The notes under the pieces: model-generated
What the model was told of the DNA's origin: nothing
What the model saw: the letters and a program-made list of their open reading frames with translations, nothing else
Databases searched by the model: none
Made by a program: the position numbers and the translations under genes
Assembly (NCBI GenBank): GCA_951406725.2
Contig: OX597832.1
Coordinates: 30,690,001 to 30,754,000, forward strand
DNA: 64,000 nt
Direction: 5' to 3'
From: Octopus vulgaris
Lineage: Eukaryota
In this document: positions 25,432 through 39,600 of the stretch, piece by piece
Layout: the number at the start of each line of letters is the position of its first letter
Position numbering within the stretch: position 1 is the first letter of the stretch

Positions 25432-28400
25432 GGTTGGCCAAAAGTCACCTGTCAGTAAATCAAAATCATTTAATTCCAAGATTTATTTATGTTTAACGAC
25501 TGAATGAATTTAATAAAAGCATCTAAATATGAAACAACATGAAAACTGTTCCAACTGAAGTCCTTCTTGAGCAACACAGTTTTCCATTCAAGTCAATACA
25601 GAATTACAGAGAGTATTTATGGAATTTTGATTTACTGTCAGGTGACTTTTGGCCAACCCTGTATGTATATATATATATACATATATATATATAAAACAAT
25701 GCATCTGTCTTAAATTCGAATTAATAATGTCTTATCAGTTGTGCTATAAAATAACTTCAACAGTTAATTCATATTCCCTCTTTGTGAAATGAAATTTCAG
25801 TTGTTCTAGTAATGATGATAAATATCTACCAAAAATTGGAACTGATATTTTCTGCAAGCCATGCTGCCTCAATGAACTCAAAACATCTCAACAAAGCAGC
25901 TTCAAACGTGACATTCCTCGACAAAAGATAGATTAGTATATAAAACTGCTTTCCCCCAGTTTAATGAAATTTGGAGTGGATCTTATCTGATTTCTGCAGT
26001 AAGCAGGTGAAAAATTATGCTACTCAGTCCTTGTTTGTTTTCTGAGGAAAAACCTTCAGGGTTAAGGGAAGAATTACTTATCACATTTCAATACATATTC
26101 AACACTGAAATCTGTGGTGAGCTAAATAACTTTAATCATAATTTCTATTGTAATGACAAGAGAAACTTATAGGCTCAGTAATTAATAACGAAGCTGAGAC
26201 AAAGCAAAGGGGAAATAACTCCGATACTCGGTCAATCAGAAGATCCAGTCTTTCTGACATGAAAGACTTTTTCACTTCCCAAGCATTATACTAATACATC
26301 TGTTTGTTGTCTACAACACCTGTCTTCATCTTGCTTTTTTTTTTTGTGAATTCTCCCTATATATATATATATATATATAACACTTGCAGCATGGAAGGTG
26401 TTTATAAACCATTTAAAACACACAAAAACCGTAAGATTCACTTCAACATCTAAATTTAATTTGCCAAAATATTTTCGTCGCTTTGAGATCATGACTTGGT
26501 TGTTCACTGACAAAATTCTGTGCTACAGATATTCATCATGAATCTAATGGCTTTTGTGTGTGTTTAAATGGCTTATAAACACCTTCCACACAGCAATTGT
26601 TTTCATTCCAGCACACAATCTCAGATCAGGTCACTTGCTATGCAAGTATATCTCAGTAATATATATATATAGAATAGTGTACATTTAAACACAAGAGAAA
26701 ACTACCTTTAATAGGTAATATTTACATGCTAGAAGAAGCAGTCAAAACGACCGAAACCACATTTTAAGAGCAATTTTCAAAGGGAATGAAAGCTAAAAAC
26801 TTTTACCTTGTTATTATTTACGGTCATACTTGGTTTCAGATTATTTTAGCAAATAAAATAATTTGCTAGGCAAATCCTCATCAGTAACCATGCCTTAACA
26901 ATTAACATATAATTTAGAGACAAATAACACGTCTCATCGTTATATGTTATAATTTTTCAAAATTCATATATATATATGAATTTGGCACATAAAAAGCACC
27001 ATCCGTTCGTGGCCGTTTGCCAGCTCTGTCTGGCACCAGTGCGGGTGGCACGTAAAAAGCACCCACTACACTCACGGAGTGGTTGGCATTAGGAAGGGCA
27101 TCCAGCTGTAGAAACACTGCCAGATTTGACTGGGCCTGATGAAGCCTTCTGGCTTCACAGACCCCAGTAGAACCGTCCAACCCGTGCTAGCATGGAGAAC
27201 GGACGTTAAACGATGATGATGATGATGATATATATTTATAAATTCATATATATATATACATATAACGTATATGCACACATACTGTGCATGGTTGGTAATA
27301 TCACGATCATGGAATTTAGTATTAGCTTATCTCATTCTTTCTTGTGGAACCTCTAGGGACGTTTTGCGGAAACCTAGGGTTCCAGGGAACCCTGGTTGAG
27401 AAAGGCTGCTCTAAATAACACATAAATAAACCAATCAACAGAGGCTCCTTCACCATCCTAACTGACTACAGGGGGTCTGCGAGAAGACAGGCCGGTAGCT
27501 CAATGCCAAGAGACGGGAGCACAGATAAATACATTTGCTAATCGTGGTGGTGGTGGTGGAGGCGGTGGGGGGACGACTGCTGCTGCTTTTAGTTACCGTT
27601 TAATGCCAGACCAACTTTGATTGGACAGAGGAGCAACAATCAAAGACAGCCATCCTGTTTTTCTGCTAATGGTTATTGATAATGATGGTAGTGTTGTTGA
27701 ATTTTGGTGGTGTTGATGATGGCAGCAGCAGTGGTGTTGGTGGTGGTGAAGCTAGTTGTTAATAGCAGTGATGGTGGTGGCAGTTACTGTGTTAGTGTCA
27801 ATAATGATGATGATGATGATGATGAGTGGTGAAGTTGGTGATCCTAATGTTGTTAATGGTGGTGGTAGTAGTACTGGGAATGGTGACGGTGCTAGTGGTC
27901 TTAATGTAAGTGCTGATGATATTGATAATGATGATGATGTGGTGGTGGTGTTGGTAGTGATGCTAGTGTTGTTAATGGTGATGGTGATGGTGCTCTTGAT
28001 AGTGATGATGATAGCAATGATATTGATGATGGTGGTGGTGCTGATTGTATAGTAAGACTGTGGTAGTGGTAGTGGTGATGATGGCGCTAAAAGTGATGTT
28101 GATGATGGTGATAGTGATGTTGGTGATGGCAGCTTCCACAAACCTTGATAATAAATGGCATGAAAGACAACTTGAAGCCCCTGGCTTTGCTGGTAGACTT
28201 GAGGTCGTATCTCAGTTGGACTAAACTAGACATGTCAATGTCGTCATAGTAACCGAAGTGAGGAATTGCATGGGCAGCATTCATGCTCTTGACCATTGCC
28301 TTGCGAATACCACGAATAGGCTCGACTCGGTCTTCTTGGACTGATGCCTGCGGTATGTAGGGCCGAACTGCGGGCTCAGGTTTGCGCTTCTTAGCAGCAG

Positions 28401-31400
28401 GAAGAGGGGCTGTTTCTACGAGAGGCTCTGGAATACAATAGAATATACAGAACTAAATAAAATAGCTGTGGAGACACAGAGGCAATGGTGTAGAAATAAA
28501 TGGCTCTTACACACACACACACACACTCTCTCTCTCTTTATATTAAATTTTGGATTAATGGGTGTATATCAATTGCTGTGTTGAAGTGTTGAGTAGAACA
28601 CTGGTACAGTTTGGGCTACCTGGTGCCATCTGCAGTTGGGGTATAATTCTGTTGGATCTACTTAGGGAACCCCGTAGTGTTTGTTCAGATAATTATGATA
28701 ATTTCTTAATCAACGAGAAGATGGATTTGGTATTAATTTTTATTTTGTACAACAGTCGTTGATGCAACACATGTTAAACAGAGTCCCACCCATGGGTCGA
28801 AACGACCGTGGCACAAAATAAAGATTAATACCAAATCCATCTTCTCATTACTATTATATATACTTATATTTGTATCATCATCATTTAATGTCTGTTGTCT
28901 ATGCTGGCATGGGTTGGATGGTTTGACTGGGCTGACACGTTGGAGGCTGTTTCAGGATCCAGTCTGATTTGGCATGGTTTTCTATGGCTAGATGCCCTTC
29001 CTAATGCCAACCACTCCAAGAGTGTAATGGGTGCTTTCTCTCTCTCTCTCTCTCTATTATATATATATATATATTGGATGGTTTGACAGGTAGAACACTG
29101 CTTCATGCTTTGCCACCTGTTTTGGCATGGTTTTTTTACAGCTGGATCCCTTCCAAATGCCAGTAACTTTACAGTGTGGACTGGATGCTTTTTACATGGC
29201 ATTAGCATTTGTAAAGTCACCAAGTAACTTGCAAGATGAAGATCCTTTGAGGGGGGGATGGGGGGGCATTGGAGGAGGTGATCTTGTGCCAGGTGATGAA
29301 AGGTTAGACTGTGACAGTGTGTGTGTGTGTGTGTGTGTATGAATATATATGTACCAGTATAAAAAAACAGATGTAAAATGAACGAATAGAGAGATATATG
29401 CATACATACATATACACAAGCATATATATATATATATACAGTGAAACATACCAGGTGGAGTTATACATTGAAACATACCAGGTGGAGCTCTTGTCAGATT
29501 TTCAATATGACGCAACATATCTTCTTTAAGAATCCTACCATCTTTTCCAGTTCCTATCACAGAACTTAACGGAATCTGTGTAGGATAGAAAAAGAAATCA
29601 TTGTCATTTAAAACAACTTTGTGCAAGTCTAGGAAAAGAAAAAAAAAATATATATTTCTTAATAATGTTCTAGAAAGAATAAAAGAATAAGAAATGAAAA
29701 GTGGAAGAAAGAAGACAAGAAGAAAGAAGGAACAAGAAAGTCGAAAAAGGAAGAAGAGGAAAAAATAAAGAAAAACAGAAAATGAAAAAAATGGAAGAAT
29801 GAAGGAAAAAGAGGAAGAAAAAAAAAACAAGGACAATTAAAGAAATTACCTTTTGCTCTATGGAAATCCTTCTCACGGCTGGAGTTGCCAAAGATTTCAT
29901 CACTTGAAGCTTTCCATGAATCTGTTCTTCAGACTTGCTGTCTTCTACATCAAAAGTATCCACTTGCTCCTCTGTTTCCGTGTCTCCTAGCAGTTCTATA
30001 TCCACCAAAGGAGCTCCAACTTTTGCTATGTCATCGATGTTGTAGTAAAGGCGCCGTACAACGCCATCGTAGCGGCTGGTTATTGTCACCGATGCCTTGT
30101 CACTCTGCACTTCACAGATGCTGTCAAACTGAGCTACTTCATCTCCAATATTGATAAACCTGCAAACACAGACATTTTTCTGTTACGTGACCACTTAATC
30201 GGTTTCTCATTTGGTCAACAGGACTAGCATTTTGAGGGGAGGGGGAGTAGCTGGTACTCTTGATTTTGATCCTAGTATTTAACTTTGATGCAACTCCCCC
30301 ACCTGAAAGTCTCCAAGAAAAGACCATCCAAACAGTCGTCATCGACACCAGAATCACCCCCAGGCTATCCTCACTTTTATCTCTCTTTATAAAATGCAAG
30401 GGTCAGCATTTCACTGACCACATTATCCAACTGTTGGAGTGCAGTGAGAGCTTGATAATATTCCAGATGCCAAACACCCAAACTGGGTTTGCAGTTGAGC
30501 CAGGACTGTAGAAAGAGGTACTCTCAGAGTCCAGGATCTTACAGATGCATCAACAACAGCCTATGACTGAGATTGGCGCAACTGCAACCCCAAGACCCCC
30601 ATGAAGTGGGTGTTAGCCTATCCTTTCCAGAAGAAGTGAAACAGCATTTTGGTTCCAATCTGGTACGAGTCTGGTCAGTTGCTTCTGGGGACAAGATACA
30701 ACATTCGGGTAGTAAGTAGTTCCCCACTAAAGGGGTATGGACATAAGCCACCTGTGTCCAATACAACAGGAATGGCTTCCTCTCAGCTTAATTCTAAATG
30801 AGGCTGGTCACTCTGCATTTGACCGCTTCTCAGTTATAATTCACCTCTGAACTAGACCCGAAATACTTTAAACAGACCCTCAATCCAGTGATGGAAGCTG
30901 CTGCCCTACAGGGATTCGCCTCTCTGGGTTGCAAGCTCACCAATTTGTCCTTGTTAAGCATCTGCTTCTTTTACCGTCTGACACTTCTCCAGAATGTCGC
31001 TGACCACTTAGGTTTCCAATGTGTCTAACACCATGATGGTGACCTCATGTATGCCTCAGGAAATAGGGAACATTGCCAATCTTTATATATATCTGCATAT
31101 ATGTGTGTGTGTGTACGTTTGTCCCCCCAACATCACTTGACAACCGATGCTGGTGTGTTTACGTCCCCATAACTTAGTGGTTCAGCAAAAGAGACCGATA
31201 GAATAAGTACTAGGCTTACAAAGAACAAGTCCTGGGAGTCGATTTGTTCGACTAAAAGGCAGTGCTCCAGCGTGGCCACAGTCAAATGACTGAAACAAGT
31301 AAAAAAGTAAAAGAGTGAGAAGTGGAAAAAAAAAAATTAATGGAAACCTACCATTCCTTTATGTTGACCTCTTTGATTCCTTCACCAATATCTGCCAAGG

Positions 31401-34400
31401 TAAACTGTACAATTTCTCCACTTCTAGCTGTTGGCATAAAAAACAAAAAGAAACACAAAAGTATTTCATTAACAACAATCTGTCCGAAACGACTTTTATT
31501 ATTGAGGCAAGTCAAAAGTTTTGCAATGGTTGCACAAATGCTAGTTTGTAGAATGTCTGTCACACATGACTTAATTTGTTGAAGCTGTTGCTGTTGAGCG
31601 AAGCGGTCTTCGTCCCATTAGTGGGAGAAGTCCGAAACGTGGTCCTTTGCTATTCGTGAGACCCGCAGAAGAGAAAGCAGGTTAACCCCCGACACTGAGA
31701 GCATCACCGGATGGATGAATGCGCATCCAGGCTCAGCGGTTGTGTAGGAAGTCGGGGACAAGAAACAGGAAGAAAGAGTGAGAGAAAGTTGGGGCAAAAA
31801 AGTACAACAGGGGTCGCCACCACCCCCTACCGGTGCCTTGTGGAGATTTAGGTGTTTTTGCTCAATAAACACACATAACGCCTGGTCTGGGAATCGAAAC
31901 CGCGATCCTCTGACCGCGAGTCTGCTGCCCTAACCATTGGGCCATTGCTCCTCCTTGTTGAAGCTGTGGGAAGGAAGGTACCCGTTGAGATTGGTAGTAT
32001 TGTAATAGTGGGTGCACTGACACTTAGTATGTTGTTTCACCCCATAAATGATCGGAAAGTTACATAAACATGCAGTGTAGTCTACTCCCTTTTTACTCTT
32101 TTACTCGTTTCAGTCCTTTGACTGGCCATGCTGGAGCACCACCTTTAGTCGAGCAAATCGACCCCAGGACGTATTTTTTGTAAGGCATAGTACTTATTCT
32201 ATTGGTCTTTTTTGCCGAACCACTAAGTTACGGGGGACGTAAACACACCAGCATCGGTTGTCAAGCAATGTTGAGGGGACAAACACAGACACACAAACAT
32301 ATACACACACATATATATATATATACGACGGGCTTCTTTCAGTTTCCATCTACCAAATCCACTCACAAGGCTTTGGTCGGCCCGAGGCTATAGAAGAAGA
32401 TACTTGCCCATGGTACCATGCAGTGGGACTGAACCCGGAACCATGTGGCTGGTAAACAAGCTACTTACCACACAGCCACTCCTGTCTAGTCTAGTTCAGG
32501 AATTTATGCTTTACAAGTTCAAACAATCCAGCAAGTTTAGGCCGTTAAATCAACCTCAATACTTATTCAAGTTTGGTTCTTATTCTGTTAGTCTCTTTTC
32601 ACCATTCCTCTAAGTTAGTGGGACATAAACAAACCAACTAAGGCATACACCCCTGCCACACACACATGATGAGCTTCTGCCTTATTTCCATCCACCAAAT
32701 CCTCTCACTAAGCATTATTAGTCAGCCTTCTTCAAAATTCTGCTTTCTCGACTCAGACCACACAATGGGATCTCCCACATGATAACACCTTACACAATGG
32801 GATCTATCACATGATAACAAACCACACTATACAATGAGCAAGAGAGAGGCTCCATTTGCTTAGTTGACCTACTAGGAACAACAGCCAAATCTCCCACATA
32901 TTGCACTTTATCATCCTTCAAAACACAAAAAAAAAGTGAAGAAGAGAAAGAAAAACCAACGCATCCAGGATCATGTAATTCTGGATTCATTCTACTTGGA
33001 ACAAATACAGAATGATCCCTGCTCGAACATCTTTGATCAGAGCAATACCGGGGCTAAACACCTCACCACCACCATCACACTACATACAGTGTTATGGTGA
33101 GATGACATCAAAAACAGAATTGAAATTAATAAAGGATTGAAGTAAAATGAAGAGATATTTTTTTTACCTGCTGAAAGATGAAAAGCTCTCTTACATTGGT
33201 TCATACTGCCATAATTTAAGTGATGTCGCAAGCAGCCATTTTTGAGTGCGGCAGGGGTGTGCAATAGACACAGCCTACGTCCTTTCCCTGTGGTGCATGG
33301 TCTCTTTGAAATCTGAAAAAGTTAAGAGAGGAAAATAGAATGTCTGAATAAAAAAGAAAAGAGACCTTTGATGAACACACACACACCCACAAATCATCAT
33401 CATTGCTCTTCCATTCTTGCATGATTCAGGTGGAATTCATTGAGGCAGATTTTTTACAGTCTGATGCCCTTCTGGTTGCCAAGCCTCACCTGTTTCCAGA
33501 AAAGGTATTGGGTTGGCCAAAAAGTCAATTTTTTTTTAGTATCAATAGTCCAGTCTTCTAATCACTGTTCCAATATTCTTTTTCTTTAGAAACTGTATTT
33601 GGTATAACGACCAAGGTTACATCAGTGTGTAACAAGCCTCAAAGGAGAGAGATTGCAACTTGTTTGATTGCATTTGAGCCTAGACATGGAAGACCGGGCA
33701 GAGCACTATCGGCATTTTATGCTTTTTTTACTTCAGAAAAGGAAAGAAAGCAACAGGAACTTGCCAAAAGTTATGCAATGTGTATGGAGAGAATACTGTT
33801 TCAGAACGGGTGTGCCAGAAATGGTTTGCTCGATTTCAATCAGGGAATTTTTCAGTAAGAGATGCACCTTGCTTTGGCCGGCGAAAAGAAATTGATATTA
33901 ACACAATAACTAAATATAAAATTCCAAATTGTTATAATATCTTCTCTTTACCTACACTAACATTATTCATTTTTGGAGACTTTCTTTAAAGCTCAAGGCA
34001 TCTGCCAAAACAAGGATCTTTGCACCAAAATAAAAATGAACAGCACACTGGATAACTTTTTCCCAAGATGCACAAAAGATAGTGGATGGTTGGGGAGGAA
34101 ACCCTGTCAAATGTCTTTTAGATTAGGCCTGGCAGGAGACTAAATAACTACAAAGATAAACAGAGAAGCGTACAATAGATTTTTATGCGACATGTCTAAA
34201 GAGATTAATCTTTATTCATGGCTTCTATCGCAAGAACTTCTGATAAAAAGTGCAGTCCCTGCTTATAAATTTTAAATGAAAAGTAAGTCACAACTGTTAT
34301 GAAAATAACTAATCTGGTATTTAGGGAGGCGAATGCTTTTTAATGATAGATGAAATCTTATTTTATATTTCCACATTATATATATATATAATGTGGAAAT

Positions 34401-36459
34401 GAATGTACAAATGAGAAAGAGTACTCAATACATGGTGCAGATTTAATTCATTCATTCAAAGATTTACACCATGTCTTTGAGTTTTTTGCTTTGTGGATTT
34501 GTTTTTTGGCAACAGAAACATTCAAAGTGAGAAACTCAGAGTAGCAGCAGATTGAATATCTTTTGTTTCAAATGAATATATATAAGTTTGTGTCTCTGTG
34601 TTAGGAAGAAGAGATTCAGACTGATTTCAGGAGGCTGCACCTCATGAACCAGATGATGACGAAGGACTGCAGCAAGGGTATTGACGATGGTATGCATAAT
34701 ATATATGTACCGTAAATCCTCGAGTATGATCTACATTTTTTCCCCAAAATTTAAAGGTCAAAATCCTTAGTGCGTACTATATACGAGGTTAAAAATGAAA
34801 ATTATTTTCTAAGCAATGTCTGAGTCCCTATTTGCTGTCCGGCAATGTTTATTCAGATGCATTTTGTGATGTCGGGCGCGAAACTACCTTAAGCTAAGCC
34901 TGAAAGCAATGAAGCCATAAAAGAATCATCCATAACTTGCAGTAAGCAACCATTATTAAACGTTATTACTGTTATTTCTTTATTTTCTGCAAACAAAATG
35001 CACAAAAAAGCTACACGTTTGCATTATGTTATATATACAATAATAATAAAGGACGTTACCGTATACATTTTACAAACAAAGGATGTTATATAGACCTCCT
35101 TGACTCAAGTTAGAGAAGGGGTGCGTATTATACACAAGGTTTGGGTTTTTCAGAGGTACATCCCCCTAAAAATCCCTGCGCATTATACTCAGGGGCGGAC
35201 TATACTCGAGGATTTACGGTAGTTTATTTTCCCGTTGAGGTAAAATCAACAAAATAAGTATTCCATCTGATGAGAGATAAATATCGTGTAATGTACCCAG
35301 TATATAATTACGAGCAACTACGAGTTTCATACACTGAAGATATTATCTAGGCAGGTTTTAAAACACGCCGGGTGTCTCCAACTCGTCTCCGGACTCTGTG
35401 CACATGGCCTAACTTGTATAGGCTATACAAGTTAGGAATCAAAATTATAAATTTGCTGTAGAAAACCACGTGTTGAGGGTATATAGGGCATTCTTTCGAT
35501 ATGAGTCCATTTTACTTTTCTGTTAAGGTAAGATCAACAAAAAAAGTACTCCATCTGGTGAGAGATAGATATTGTTTGGGTACTATTTAAGAATAAGTCG
35601 ATGAGTTGTAGTGCACCTGAGCACTGTATACAATGTTTATTATTATTATTATTAAGAGTAGTCCCGGTGCGCGCACTCGCGTACTTGTGCATCCGCGCTA
35701 GCTAGTCATAACTAGTCGATCCTACAACGACTACGTAGCAAAGTAAATAAAACACAAAATAAATAATTTTTTTACACAAAGGATCGACTAGTCACGATAG
35801 TAAGGATCGACTAGTCACGACTCTTCTTAAATAGTACCCATTGTTTGATGTTCATAGTATACAGTTATGAGCTCCCTGCCTGGATAATATCTTCAACGTA
35901 CGAAAATATGAGATCCATTTGAGTTACTTCCCCTAGATCATTTAATTTAATTTTGTTTCCAGTTCTGGAAGGCACCTGCCCAACGTGTCGCGCACTACGC
36001 TTGCATCAAATCCAGAAACCACGGGGTTTTTCACAATAAACATATTAACCATTGTGCGCATATGTCTATATACCCTTTATACATTTATGTGCTGCTCTGT
36101 CGACTGAAGGAAACTTTGTAATTGATACATCACAACATGACCTACAAATGCTTCGTCCCGTGTCTGTGTTTTCGTTAGTAAAATTTGCACCCAAGGTGTC
36201 TTAGGATGACTGTAACAATGCTACTGAGGTTATCGTGAAGAGATCGTGTTTAACAATAATAATTTATAAAGACAAGGTCTCTAATTTTGGAAGGGTGGCT
36301 AGAGGCGACGATTGAATCGACCCCAATACTCGAGCGATAACGGCGGTTATTGTCGAGGTCAGGCTTCCCATTAAAAAAACAAGTTCTTTTTTACTAGATT
36401 GTCTGCCAATTAGTCCTCCACCACCGCAAACCACTGTTTACTCATTTAAACTACCTACC

Positions 36460-36501
<42 letters not shown>

Positions 36502-36648
36502 CGCGGCCTTCGGGCTAAAGGATTTTAAGGATATTTAAATAATGAGGAAGATAAATTGAACATTAATTTAATTAATATCAATTTAAAACCAGTAGCCTAG
36601 CATATATAAAAAATTTCAATACATGTATATTTATTCCTAAATATACAC

Positions 36649-36696
<48 letters not shown>

Positions 36697-39600
36697 CACA
36701 TAACATTGGGAGGGGGTACACATGATTTTGTCGAGTCATATCGAAAGAATACCATATATACCCACCCCATTTCATTTATGTACCTATATCATCGTAATCT
36801 AAATTGCCACCACCACCGATGTACAAACTGTGGGTATGCCTGCCGCATAAGAGCACCGGCAGCACACACACACGTGCGCCACGACTTTGATTTTCTCATA
36901 ATTTGCAGAAAAACGAATGTTTTTTAATGAAATTTTCTACAAATACCTTTCAGATATTGTAGATTATGATTATAATGGAATTTAATGTAGGAAAAAAAAA
37001 GAGAGAGAGAGAAATGTTGGGCGCACACATGTATACTGACAGAGCATCATTTTTTCAAAATCTCAAGCTTTATTTTGTAGAATAGATTGGAGACTGATGC
37101 AGCCTTCAGGCTCACCGGTCCTCAGTCAAACCGTCCAACCCATGCCAGCATGGAAAGCGGACGTTAAAGATATGTGGCGAGTGTCAGTACCAATTAAAAT
37201 TTTTTTTTTTTTGCACACTAAATTCCGATATGATCGTAATGTGTCTCAATCGATCAGTAGTAGTAGAAAACTTCATTGAAAAAATTTCCATTTTTCTAAA
37301 AGTTATGAAGAAACAAACTTTGGGGACACACGGACACACACACATATATGTATGAATCGCCATCACTGCACGGCAAAAATAATGCTTTATCTATCGACTT
37401 CGTTATCTCTTTCTCATCATAATTTAAAATCGTAATAGAAACTGGTAGCTTGTCCTGTTTATCAACATATCTATTTTAACCTAACACAAACCATCGCCAT
37501 CAGACAAACTGCTGGTCAGTCCAGTTAACCAGCCATCCACAGTCAAGCTACAACTGTTTGTTTCATGTTAAAGCCCCAGGTCAACCTGATGGAACAGAAC
37601 CTATGATCAAAAGTCTTCCAGACATGACTATCCCACCTTTTTTTTCCCTTTCCAGGCAGTGGACTATATTATCCAACGTGTCCTTCCATTTTTAAGATGG
37701 AACTTGAGAGCATCATTTCAGGAAGATTTGGCTGCTATTTTTAGCGGACCGAGTGACCAGGAAGAAGCTCTCTCATTGACCACATCCTGTTTCTTTTGAT
37801 TGAACATACGTGTAAATGTGTTGACCTATCATGTAGTCTAAAATTCTACCCAGACATGTCTAGACCTGTGGACAGACTTTGGTACTTCGGAATATTCTGG
37901 GTGGGCACTGATTTGTAATAATAATGCTAAAGTGGACTTTCAAAATAAGAGTATCGCTCTAAATCTGAAAGTGACCTATTGAATAGTGAGGGGGCAGTGC
38001 TGTTCAGTGCAACCCCTTAGCAACAGGCATGGATATGCCACAGGTGTGCTATGAAGAGACAAGAGTTCTGACGCTCCCCATGGCCCCTTCTTTAGATACA
38101 TAAATTGTCCCTTCCCCTATCATGCCGAAGAGAGACATCCCAAACACCTCTCACTCCATAGAACAATTCCTATTTAAAACAATGGCGTGGTTCATCTTTT
38201 CTCTAATCTTATTTTTACCAGTTTTATTAAACCAGTTACGTTGTCTCCCTCTTTACCTTTCCATCAACCTGTTATTTATTCTATCAGTCTCTTTTGCTGA
38301 ACTGCTAGGTTACAGGCATGCAAACAAACCAGCACCGGTTAAGTGGTAGAACACAGACTCACACACAATGGGCTTCCACAAAGTTCCCATCAACCGAATT
38401 GACTCACAAGGCATTACCTGGTGCTATAGAAGGAGACACTTGCCTGCCCAAGGTGCTACACAATGGGACTGAACTCAAAACAGTGTGGTTGCCAAACAAG
38501 CTTCTTAACGCAGCGATCGGTCCCTACAGATGAATTTACTAAACCCTAGGAACTGTCCTCCTTATCTATCTCCATGTTAATCTACTACATGAGTGTGTGT
38601 CTCCAATTAGCTATGGGTGTGTGTGTGTCTGTCAGTCCCACACAATGTCTTCTTTGGTATAATCTTGTGGAGCTTTGCTTCAGTCGACTCTCCAGGGTAC
38701 AGAGCCTGGACAAAGTTGTATGGAAGGATGATCAAGAGTTTGTCTATGCATCAAGTCTCCATCAATGTCGTCCAAGGGAAGGGCAATGGCCAACTGATAC
38801 AGCCTGGCTTAGTTAGAGACTCAGATACCTGATTTTTAGAGATCATTAAACCAATCCCAGACGTGAACAGCTTTGACAATAAAAACCAATAACATATAAA
38901 TATATTTGTGACCAGAGACTGAATGAAACTTGTCTTCACATATACTTCAATTGTTCTCATGTTGTGCACTTAAAATCCATTTGTTTAATCTGTAAAATTC
39001 ATCAACAGTTTACTCCTGTCACCTTTAACACCTTTGCCAAGATTTAGTTTTCTCACACACACACATAAACTTCTTTTGCATGGGCTCAGCCAGTTCAATT
39101 CTAATTCCAGTGGCAGGTAGGGGAGACCAGGTCTAGTTGTTACATTTTTTTGCCTTGGCACCCACATAAATGAATACATCTGAAGTTTCTTTTCAGATTA
39201 GTAAAACATCTCTATTTATTGTTATCACCAGCAAAAAACAGAAATTACATAACATTAATTAGACCGGTTTTAATTAATGAGGTGAAGTCAGCTGTAACAA
39301 CTTTCTCTGAGTGCGGGGTACATTGTGACACTTACTGGGGTACTTTATTACAACTTTTGATAACTCAGAATTATGTTAGCAAACAAGTTTAAAATGAGTA
39401 TGTCTCCTGCTCCTTGCATCTAGGAAGCATTATTTTAATTAATTAACCGTGCTTTGAACCACCTCATATTCTAACTGTGATACTGAGAGTCCTCATCAGC
39501 CAATTTCCCCATTGTTACATGTGCCATCTCGTCGGAATCGCCCTCCATTCACTTCTCACCACACAGATCACACAGAAAGTCCTGTCATCCATCGGTGCAG

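Noticed and set aside
26706-26793. Alternative DBT exon 7 (ends ...TTAAAG|gtagt)
   Set aside because: No similarity to DBT, and a stop in the phase-0 frame. The true 78-nt exon is 24414-24491.
27752-28141. Mucin-like or hydrophobic ORFs
   Set aside because: Translation of intronic trinucleotide low-complexity DNA.
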